The translations under genes and the position numbers were made by a program. A stretch of 64,000 nucleotides of DNA, from positions 7,040,001 through 7,104,000 of the forward strand of contig OZ240241.1 in NCBI GenBank assembly GCA_965198115.1, in the 5' to 3' direction. The DNA is from Candidatus Latescibacterota bacterium (lineage in GTDB: Bacteria > Latescibacterota > UBA2968). The notes beneath the pieces are model-generated. The model did no database searches. It saw only the letters and a program-made list of their open reading frames with translations, and was not told the origin of the DNA. Shown one piece after another: positions 9,468 to 17,868 of the stretch; position 1 is the stretch's first letter; every line of letters begins with the position of its first letter.

Positions 9468-10841
9468 GAGCTATAATCAAAAGGTGTGGAAAAAGAGAAA
9501 GGGCGACCCTACCCTTCCCGTGAGATAGTTGATTCACACAAAACCGGGTGAGAGGCCCGGTTGGGAAGGAGGATCGCCGTGAAGGAACATACGCATAGAG
9601 TCCCATTGAAGTCCATGCCGACGTGGGAGACGGTTGACGATTGGATCCGTGAAGAGATCCAGGGCCGGTTCCAGTCCATTCTGGAGGAGGAGGCGACCGC
9701 GTTCTTGGGCCGGTCGTGGTATGAGCGCCGAGCCGAGGTCGATAGCTCCAGGGGCTACAGGAACGGCTACGGCAAGCCCCGGCGTCTCTCGACGAGCTGC
9801 GGAACGATCAAGGTCCGGCGTCCCCGGGTTCGTGGTCTGGAAGAGCGGTTTGAAAGCCGCATCCTCCCCCTGTTCGCCCGGAGAACCAGGGCCATTGGAG
9901 ATCTGCTTCCCGACCTTTATCTCCACGGTCTCTCCCAGGGCGACTTCGAGTTGTCTTTGCGTGCGCTGCTCGGTGATGGCGCGCCGCTTTCGCCGACCTC
10001 GATCGCTCGTCTTCGAGGGAAGTGGGAGGTCGACTTCCAGGACTGGAAAGAAAGGCGTCTGGATAATCGCGAACTGGTCTACGCCTGGGCTGATGGCATC
10101 TACGTCAAAGCCGGGCTCGAGCGCGAGAAGGCGTGTCTGCTGGTCGTGATCGGCGCGATGAGCGACGGCAGCAAGGAGATCCTGGCGATAGAACCCGGTT
10201 ATCGAGAGTCTACAGAATCCTGGCTCACGGTGCTACGGGATCTCCGGGATCGCGGGCTCGAACATCCTGTCCTGATCGCCGCGGACGGGAATATGGGCAT
10301 CTGGGCGGCCGTTGATCAGGTCTGGCCAGAGAGCCGGCAACAACGGTGCTGGAACCACAAGATCCTCAACGTGCTCGACAAGGTCGCCAAGCGTGCACAG
10401 GCTGAAGCCCGCGCACTGCTCGTCCAGATCCCCTATGCCGGCACGAAAAAGGAGGCCGAGAAGCTCCGGAAACGCTTTGCCGCACGGTATCGCTCACAGT
10501 TCCCTGCCGCCGTGGAGACGCTCGAAAGAGACTGGGATCGGATGGTCACGTTCTACGACTTCCCGAAGGAACACTGGAAACACCTGAGAACCACGAACGT
10601 CGTCGAGAGCCCCTTTGCTTCCGTTCGGCTTCGCACAAACGCCGCCAGGCGATTCAAGAAAGTCAGGAACGCCACGACTCTCATCTGGCGTACGCTCAAG
10701 GTCGCAGAGAGCCGATTCAGGAAACTCACCGCGCCACACTTGCTACAACAAGTCTACGATCAGAAACACTCAACCGGACCGCAGGTCGAAGCCGGGAAGA
10801 TGGCCGCCTGATTTCTTTTACACACCTATTGACCTGAGCTC
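9468..10841 (+). mobile_element. IS256-family element A, intact
   Basis: Imperfect TIRs gagctataatcaaaaggtgtgg / gagctcaggtcaataggtgtgt; 8-bp TSD atcttcta at 9460-9467 and 10842-10849. Confidence 0.95.
9579..10811 (+). CDS. IS256-family (Mutator-like) DDE transposase
   Basis: RNGYG, WADGIY, AADG, QRCWNHK, LRTTNVVES; GTG start after GGAGG. Confidence 0.93.
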   Translation: MKEHTHRVPLKSMPTWETVDDWIREEIQGRFQSILEEEATAFLGRSWYERRAEVDSSRGYRNGYGKPRRLSTSCGTIKVRRPRVRGLEERFESRILPLFARRTRAIGDLLPDLYLHGLSQGDFELSLRALLGDGAPLSPTSIARLRGKWEVDFQDWKERRLDNRELVYAWADGIYVKAGLEREKACLLVVIGAMSDGSKEILAIEPGYRESTESWLTVLRDLRDRGLEHPVLIAADGNMGIWAAVDQVWPESRQQRCWNHKILNVLDKVAKRAQAEARALLVQIPYAGTKKEAEKLRKRFAARYRSQFPAAVETLERDWDRMVTFYDFPKEHWKHLRTTNVVESPFASVRLRTNAARRFKKVRNATTLIWRTLKVAESRFRKLTAPHLLQQVYDQKHSTGPQVEAGKMAA

Positions 10842-10862
10842 ATCTTCTATGTCCTCAATGTT

Positions 10863-11939
10863 CTATGGCGATAGGGTCACTTTGATTGATTCTGTGCCGG
10901 AGGCGACGAGGTCGATGCCCTTTTGGAATGCCGTGAGAGGGAGCTGGTGGGTGACGATACGATCCATCGGGAGCAGACCCTTTTCGAGCATTCGGATCGC
11001 GACAGGGTAGCAATTGGGACTGAGATGAGACCCGTGGACGTTCAACTCTTTGCTGTCGCCGATGATGGTCCAGTCGACCGTGACGGGTTCGCGCATCACG
11101 CTGAATTCGACGAACGTGCCGAGCTTTCGAATCATACGTAGACCCTGTTCGACGGCGGCAGGATGGCCGGTCGCTTCGATGTAGACGTCGCAACCGTAGC
11201 CTTCGGTCAGTGCGTGGACTTCGTCGATGACGTCGACCTTGGACGGGTTCAGTCCGATATCGGCACCGCAGGCTCTGGCCGTTCCGAGCCGATCGTCGTT
11301 GAGGTCGAGTGAGACAAGAAGGGACGGGCCCTTGAGGCGTGCGGCGGCCACCATTCCCAGTCCCAGAGGACCGGCACCGGCGATGACGACGACGTCTTGT
11401 AGCTCGATATCTCCCCGTTGCACGGCGTGGATGGCGCATCCGAGCGGCTCGATGTAAGCGGCGTGATGCGCGGGTAGGCTGTCGGGGACCCTGTAGTTCA
11501 GAGCTTTGGCTGGAAACTTCATATACTCGGCCATTGCGCCGAAGGTTGCTTGCCTGAATCCGTAAATGTCGTGAACGGAGCACATCCAGTAGTGTCCGTT
11601 CCGACAATAGCGACAGTCGCCGCAAGGTACAATCTGTTCGGAGACGGCCCGATCGCCGATGGAGAGACCGTATTTTTCGCCCGCTCCTTCGCCGAGATCG
11701 ACGACTTCCCCAACGAATTCGTGACCCGGAATGATGGGAGCTTGGCAGTAGCCGTCGCGATGTTCGTCCCCCCAGAAAAGCGGGGCGCCCAGGTAACACT
11801 TCAAATCGCTGGCGCAGATGCCCACAGACTCTACGCGAACGACAACCTCGCCCGGGTCTGCTGTGGGTACCGGATACTCTTCGAGGCGGTAGTCTTCGGG
11901 TGCGTGACAGATGACGGCAGGCATCGTTTTTGGCAGCAT
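10863..11939 (-). CDS. Zn-dependent alcohol dehydrogenase, erythritol/L-threitol dehydrogenase-like
   Basis: GICASD, PGHEFVG, CGDCRYC...C, GAGPLG; start re-called at MLPKTM. Confidence 0.85.
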   Translation of the reverse strand: MLPKTMPAVICHAPEDYRLEEYPVPTADPGEVVVRVESVGICASDLKCYLGAPLFWGDEHRDGYCQAPIIPGHEFVGEVVDLGEGAGEKYGLSIGDRAVSEQIVPCGDCRYCRNGHYWMCSVHDIYGFRQATFGAMAEYMKFPAKALNYRVPDSLPAHHAAYIEPLGCAIHAVQRGDIELQDVVVIAGAGPLGLGMVAAARLKGPSLLVSLDLNDDRLGTARACGADIGLNPSKVDVIDEVHALTEGYGCDVYIEATGHPAAVEQGLRMIRKLGTFVEFSVMREPVTVDWTIIGDSKELNVHGSHLSPNCYPVAIRMLEKGLLPMDRIVTHQLPLTAFQKGIDLVASGTESIKVTLSP

Positions 11940-12130
11940 CGCAGGACTCGGTGTTCGAGTGGACCCTCCTCGCTGGCGCCCTTCGGCGCGCAGGCGGTGG
12001 ACGGTGATGAGGTCGTACGGAATGATACACGGCGGTCTTGTCAGAGGCAACCTTCGGTGAAGCGTGAGGATGGTGGGATGCGCGAGCGGACCCTATCTTG
12101 GGAAACGGTACCTGAACCAAGCGAGGGAGT

Positions 12131-15100
12131 ATGAATCGTCGAGACAGGGTCTGGATCCTTGCGTTTCTCGTGGCTGGGGTGGCCGGTGTGCTGACGTTCC
12201 TGAACCTGCACGACCGGGCGTTTCCGATTGCGTCGATCGATTTCAAGCTGAGTCGAGGAGAAGTGTTCGATCGGGCACGTGCCTACGCGCAGGATCGGGG
12301 GCACGACCTGAGCGCGTTCGAGCACGCGCAGACGTTCAGCTACGACCAGGCCGTGCAGATCTTCCTACAGAAGACGGTGGGTCTTGAGACATCCAATGCG
12401 CTCGCCAGAGACTGGGTCTCGGTCTGGAGCTGGCAGATCCGATGGTTCAAGCCCCTGGAGAAGGAGGAAGTTCACGTCCACGTGGACCCCGGTGGGCGGG
12501 TCGTGCGCTACAGACATATGATCCTGGATACGGACGAGGGTGCAAACCTCTCGATCGAGGCGGCTCGCGAAATCGGGCACCCGTTCCTGACCGAACGGGT
12601 TGGTCTCGATCTGGACGCGTGGTATCCGATCGAATCGTCGAGCGAAGCGCGAAAAGCCCGGACGGACCACACGTTCACCCTGCGCAAGCGCGAGTGGTCG
12701 GTGGGGGATGATGGACACTACCGCATGGAGGTGATCGTTCAGGGTGACCGCATCGGATGGTACAGCGAATACCTCCAGGTTCCAGAGTCGTTCGAACGAG
12801 GGTATGCGGAAATTCGGTCGCGGGCGAATTTACTTGCGCGGGCCTTTGAAATCTTCTGGTTCGCGCTGGGAGCTGCCGTTCTGGTGATCGTCGCTCGACG
12901 TTATCGGACCGGGACGCTCCCGTGGCGAAACGGGGGAATCGTCGCCATCGCGGTGACGACGGCGATGGTGGTCACGGCAATCAACTCCTGGCCCCTCATT
13001 CGCTACGGCTACGAGACGACTCAGGCTTACGCGACGTTTATGGGCCTGACGATTTTGTCGGCGATCGTGGGCGCCGTGATTGTGGGTGGAATCGTCGGGC
13101 TCGCGGGGGCGGCCGGTCAGGCCATTGGCCGGGAGACTTTCGGGCTGGGCGTTATGTCGTCGTTGAGCCTTCGTGGCTTTCTTGCCGGTCGTTTCGCGAC
13201 ATCGACGCTGATCGGATACGGTCTGGCCGGGTTCAACCTGGGGTATGTCGTTCTCTTCTATATGGTCGGAAACCGGTTCGGTGTCTGGTCGCCCGCCCAG
13301 CTGATGGACTACAGCGAGACGTTCAGCACGATGTTTCCCTGGATCTATCCTCTCTTCATCGGACTGATCGCATCCACGAACGAGGAATTCTTTTTCCGTC
13401 TGGTCGCGATCTCGCTCCTGATGCGGTGGACGGGTCGCAGGTGGCTGTCGGTACTGATTCCCGCCATCGTATGGGCGTTCCTTCACGCGAACTACCCACA
13501 GGAGCCCATTTACATCCGCGGCATCGAACTGACGATCGGCGGGTGTATCGCAGGCATCGTCTTCCTGCGATGGGGGATCTGGACGGTGGTGACGTCGCAC
13601 TACGCGTTCAACGCGTTCGTGGGCGCCTATCCGATGATGAATTCTTCCAGTTCGTATTTCCAGATCTCAGGGATCGCGGTCGTGGGGCTTCTCGCGCTTC
13701 CCCTGATTGCCGCGATCTACGGTTGGGCGACGGGGCGAGTCGATACGAGCGAAGAGGAAGAGGCGATGGTCGATCGGCCACGCGCCGCCCCGCAGCCAAT
13801 CGCGTTCGAGGGTGACGGCGATGAAGGCCCTGCTGCAGCATCCTGGACGCTGACATCGAGGCAACGCAGAATCGCCGTGGGCGCACTGGTTGTGGGACTG
13901 GCGGCGATCATCGCATTGTCTCCGTCAAAATTTGGCAAGGATAGTTTTCAGATGACGGTGGATCGATCTGCCGCCTTCGGGATTGCGGATTCGGTTCGCA
14001 GCGTGCTGGGATGGCAATTGCCCGAACCCTCTACGGTCACCTCGTATGAGGACCTGTTAGGGCAGGACGACCACACGTATCTGCTACGCAAGCGGGGCGT
14101 TTCGAAGGCGGATTCGCTGATCCACGCCACGTCCCATCCTCGTCGGTGGGTGGTTCGGTGGTTCGCGCCTTTGGAAAAGACTGAATTCAGCGTTGGGATC
14201 TCGATGGATGGTCGGGTAGCCTTTGCTGAACGCCTTCTGCCAGAGAGTGATCCAGGAGCGACACTGTCGAAGGAGGATGCCCAGCTTCTGGCGAGTAGTT
14301 TTCTGCTGGAGAACGCCGGTGTCGACGTTTCGGACCGGTCGCGTTACAAACTCCTCGAGTCGCTCGAACAAAAGCACGAATCCAGGCTGGATCACGACAT
14401 TGTCTGGGAACGGACCGATTTGAAGGTCGAGGATGGAGAGTTCTGGGTCCGGGTTGGACTTCAAGGCGACGAGGTAGGATCCTACGACTTCGGTTTCACC
14501 GCACCCGAGCCCTTCCTCCGAGCGCTGCGCGAGCGCACGCTGGTGGACGGTGTCGTGACCGGACTGTCGATCGTGGTGTTCCTCGCAACAATCATTATTG
14601 GCGGTGTGCATTTCCTGCGTCTCTACCGCCAGGAGGCGATCGCGTGGCGAACGTGCTATGCCCTTGGGTTTGTGATTGCGGCAAGCCGCGCCCTGGATTA
14701 CCTGAACGGTGCGTCGGTTTTCTACATCGATTATGACACGGAAGAGGCCCTCGCGACTTTCATCGGCTCGGAGGCAGTGGGATTCCTGATCTCCACGGCG
14801 GCGCTCTCCCTTTTCGCTGTCCTCCTGCTGGGTCTGGCCAATGCGTTGACCCGGGATCAGCTTCCGGATGCCGCTCGGCCGGGTCGGTGGCTGGCCGGCC
14901 TACTGTCGGGGGACGTGCGTGGCGCGCGCTTACTGGACGGTGTTCTCGGAGGCGCGGGACTCCACATTCTCCTGCGGGGGCTCTCCTCGATCAGCGACTA
15001 TGTCGATCGGACCTGGTTTTCCGAGTATGCGAACGCTGCGGGTTTCTCACCGGACGGGGTCGATACGTATCTACCGTTCGTCGAGCTGATTTCGCGAGTG

Positions 15101-15523
15101 CCAGATTCGATTGTGGTGATTCTCGTGTTCGCGTGCTCGATCCTGGTCTGGAAAAGAGCACTGAAGCATTGGGTTCGAGTGGGCGCACTCGCACTCCTGG
15201 TCATCTGTCTGGTCGAGGTCGGGAATGCTGAAAACGTGACGCAAGCGATTTCTGCCGTTGCAATGGGGGTCGTCCAATTCCTCGTTCTGGTCCGCTTTTG
15301 CTGGGTTGTCTTGGGTTCGAACTTTTTGGCCTTCGCCTTTGCGTTCACCCTGGGGCCGCTGGTCGATGCGGGCCTTCATCTGATGCGAACAGACCTGGTC
15401 TTCTACGACGTCAACGGCGCCCTGGTGCTCATGCTGGCAGCGGTGCCTATTGCTGTCGGTCTGTGGCAACGAAACAGAGATGGGGAGACTGTAGAGCAGA
15501 GGACAGAAGTCAGAGGACAGTAG
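12131..15523 (+). CDS. Large CPBP (CAAX protease/Abi) intramembrane metalloprotease with internal duplication
   Basis: EEFFFR, WAFLHA, HYAFN motifs; many TM helices; repeated RWFxPLEK...GAxLS...QGD module. Confidence 0.85.
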   Translation: MNRRDRVWILAFLVAGVAGVLTFLNLHDRAFPIASIDFKLSRGEVFDRARAYAQDRGHDLSAFEHAQTFSYDQAVQIFLQKTVGLETSNALARDWVSVWSWQIRWFKPLEKEEVHVHVDPGGRVVRYRHMILDTDEGANLSIEAAREIGHPFLTERVGLDLDAWYPIESSSEARKARTDHTFTLRKREWSVGDDGHYRMEVIVQGDRIGWYSEYLQVPESFERGYAEIRSRANLLARAFEIFWFALGAAVLVIVARRYRTGTLPWRNGGIVAIAVTTAMVVTAINSWPLIRYGYETTQAYATFMGLTILSAIVGAVIVGGIVGLAGAAGQAIGRETFGLGVMSSLSLRGFLAGRFATSTLIGYGLAGFNLGYVVLFYMVGNRFGVWSPAQLMDYSETFSTMFPWIYPLFIGLIASTNEEFFFRLVAISLLMRWTGRRWLSVLIPAIVWAFLHANYPQEPIYIRGIELTIGGCIAGIVFLRWGIWTVVTSHYAFNAFVGAYPMMNSSSSYFQISGIAVVGLLALPLIAAIYGWATGRVDTSEEEEAMVDRPRAAPQPIAFEGDGDEGPAAASWTLTSRQRRIAVGALVVGLAAIIALSPSKFGKDSFQMTVDRSAAFGIADSVRSVLGWQLPEPSTVTSYEDLLGQDDHTYLLRKRGVSKADSLIHATSHPRRWVVRWFAPLEKTEFSVGISMDGRVAFAERLLPESDPGATLSKEDAQLLASSFLLENAGVDVSDRSRYKLLESLEQKHESRLDHDIVWERTDLKVEDGEFWVRVGLQGDEVGSYDFGFTAPEPFLRALRERTLVDGVVTGLSIVVFLATIIIGGVHFLRLYRQEAIAWRTCYALGFVIAASRALDYLNGASVFYIDYDTEEALATFIGSEAVGFLISTAALSLFAVLLLGLANALTRDQLPDAARPGRWLAGLLSGDVRGARLLDGVLGGAGLHILLRGLSSISDYVDRTWFSEYANAAGFSPDGVDTYLPFVELISRVPDSIVVILVFACSILVWKRALKHWVRVGALALLVICLVEVGNAENVTQAISAVAMGVVQFLVLVRFCWVVLGSNFLAFAFAFTLGPLVDAGLHLMRTDLVFYDVNGALVLMLAAVPIAVGLWQRNRDGETVEQRTEVRGQ

Positions 15524-15594
15524 AGATACGGCTTCGCCCCATTTGTCAAATGACGGTGGACAGAAACGGAAGGCAGAGTTAAACGCTGAAAGGC

Positions 15595-15636
15595 AACAGG
15601 GCCGCTCGATCGAAGGTGATCGGGCGGCCCTGTTTG
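15595..15636. terminator. Intrinsic terminator-like hairpin
   Basis: aacagggccgctcgatc / gatcgggcggccctgtt followed by T's. Confidence 0.7.
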
Positions 15637-15758
15637 TGCACGAGCGAATCCGAATTTCAGTTCCCCAAAGAGATGAGACATTGGGAACGATATCCGAGAG
15701 CCGAGTCGCGAAATCCGAGTTCCGAAAGGGCCAATCCAGCCAGTCTCGGCGATCCTTA

Positions 15759-17020
15759 GTGCATGGTTTCATAAATATTATTACGTATGTCCTGAACATT
15801 ATTTGTAGCTTATGTTCTCCTTCAAAAGGAGGAGAACAATGCCAAGACGTTCGCCTTATGTGGTGCTACTGTCTGAGAAGGAACGGGTCGACCTCGAGCG
15901 AATGGCTGGACAATATACGTTATCGTATTATCAAGTGATCCGATCGAAAATCGTGCTTCTCGCCGCCGAGGGATTATCCAACAAGATTATCGCCCAACGG
16001 TTGGATGTCCCGCGTCCGATCGTAAGCAAATGGCGTAAGCGCTTTTTCGAAGAGCGTCTTTCGGGACTCGAAGATAGATCTCGTCCCGGGCGCCCGCCCG
16101 GTTTTCCCCCCTCAGGTGGTCGTTCAGATCAAGGCGCTGGCGTGTGAACTACCGAGCGAGAGCGGGATACCGCTCTCGCGGTTCAGCTGTTCCGAGATTG
16201 CCGCCGAGGCAGTGCAAAGGGGCTTCGTTGCCAAGATCAGCGGCGCCACTGTCTGGCGCTGGTTGAACGAGGACGCGATTCGTCCTTGGTATCATCGCTC
16301 CTGGATTTTCCCACGGGACCCGGACTTCCAAACCAAAGCAGGTAGAGTCCTTGATCTGTATCACCGCCAATGGCAAGGAAAGCCTTTAGGGCCGAGGGAA
16401 TATGTACTTTCTGCCGACGAAAAGACCAGTATTCAAGCACGAGCTCGCAAGCACGTTACCCTACCGCCAGCCTCGAACAGAGCGGCACGCGTTGAAACAC
16501 GAATACGAGCGGAAAGGAGCCCTGGCCTATCTGGCTGCTCTCGACGTGCACAATGGTCGAATCTTCGGTCTCTGTGAGTCTTCTTCGGGTATCGAGCCCT
16601 TCAACCGGCTCCTGAGCCTGATCATGAGCCGGAAACCCTATTGCTCGGCAAAGAAAGTCTACCTCATCGTGGATAATGGCTCCTCGCACCGAGGGCAAAC
16701 ATGCATCGACCGTATCCAGGGGAAGTGGCCAAACATCCACCCCGTTCACCTTCCGATCCACGCAAGCTGGCTCAATCAGATCGAGATCTACTTCTCGATC
16801 CTCAAACGCAAGGCTCTGACACCTATCGAATTTGCATCGCTCGAAGAGCTTGAGGCAAGAATCCTCGGTTTTCAGGAACGCTACGGACGTATCGCCACAC
16901 CCTTCAAATGGAAGTTCACACGAACAGATCTCGCGGAGATGATCGACAAACTCAGGTTCTACGATACGCCCTTGGCAAAGTCTGCTTAGAATACGTCACC
17001 GTATTTGAGAACAGGAGTAC
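15759..17020 (+). mobile_element. IS630-family element, copy 1
   Basis: TA at both ends (15757-58, 17021-22); imperfect TIRs sharing gt...ttc..aaata....acgtat; HTH and DDE ORFs. Confidence 0.9.
15839..16989 (+). pseudogene. IS630 transposase split over three frames (15839-16147, 16116-16577, 16402-16989)
   Basis: HTH, then ADEKTSIQAR, HEYER.G, VDNGSSH, HASWLNQIEIYFS; +1 shifts at gttttcccccc (16101) and gttgaaacac (16491). Confidence 0.8.
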
Positions 17021-17823
17021 TAAGCTGGGCGCGTGGGATCGGGATGAGCGTATTCCATCCAGGTGGTGAGTTCCTTCTGTGTTTCGTTGAGGCGGGCGCG
17101 CAGATCGGGCGGAAAATGGAAGTGATGACAGTTCTTCGGCTCACGGAACATCACGTTGTAATGAGCGTGGACGTAGTTGTAGTAGAGGTTCGTGCGGATG
17201 CCGTCGGTGGTCTTGGGGAGTCCGTCGTGAAGGGTGGATTCCGAAAAGAGCAGCAGATCGCCGGCTTTCCCGGTGACGGACGTGGCGTTGGGCAATTCGT
17301 AGGCTGGATGAGACTTGAGATCGATGTCGATGTTGCTCTTGTGCGAGCCCGGGACTGCGACAACACACCCGTCCTCCGGCCCGTTGTCGGTGAGGAGCCA
17401 GACCGTATTGAACATCCGCGATCGGATTTCCCCGTTGCGATACGAGTAGTCGGTCGTCGGAACGCCTCGGTGCCAGCTGCTGAAGGCAGCGTCCTTCCAC
17501 TTGCTGATCGACCAGGTATTAATGAGCTGTGGCTGGCCGACGAATTCGTAAAGGTAGGGCAGGAGCGCTTCGTGGTCGATCAGTCGATCGAAGATGGAAT
17601 CGAGTCGTGGCAATCCATTCAGGCGAATCTGGTGGTTGCGCCGATCTTCTTTCGTCGGGCGACCCTCGCCAGTCTGTTTTATCCACGCGTCTTCGTAGTC
17701 GCGGGCCTCGAGTTCACGAAGAACTGTAAGGATCTTCTCGCATTCCTCGAGGCTCAGGACATTGCGTAGGATCAGAAAGCCGGCGAGATCAAACTGAAAA
17801 CGGTCTTCTATCGAGACGGACAT
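17020..17823 (-). CDS. PhyH-family dioxygenase-like protein
   Basis: FDLAGFLIL, VPGSHKS, AGDLLLFSE..LHDG. Confidence 0.85.
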   Translation of the reverse strand: MSVSIEDRFQFDLAGFLILRNVLSLEECEKILTVLRELEARDYEDAWIKQTGEGRPTKEDRRNHQIRLNGLPRLDSIFDRLIDHEALLPYLYEFVGQPQLINTWSISKWKDAAFSSWHRGVPTTDYSYRNGEIRSRMFNTVWLLTDNGPEDGCVVAVPGSHKSNIDIDLKSHPAYELPNATSVTGKAGDLLLFSESTLHDGLPKTTDGIRTNLYYNYVHAHYNVMFREPKNCHHFHFPPDLRARLNETQKELTTWMEYAHPDPTRPA

Positions 17824-17868
17824 TTGGAGATTCCTGAGGCGTCGGATGGTTGAGGATGCGATAGATGG

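Noticed and set aside
10855-12246. Long overlapping or antisense ORFs (463 aa here; also 18260-19348, 20944-21885, 52140-53159)
   Set aside because: Shadow ORFs of well-supported genes in GC-rich DNA, with no recognisable motifs
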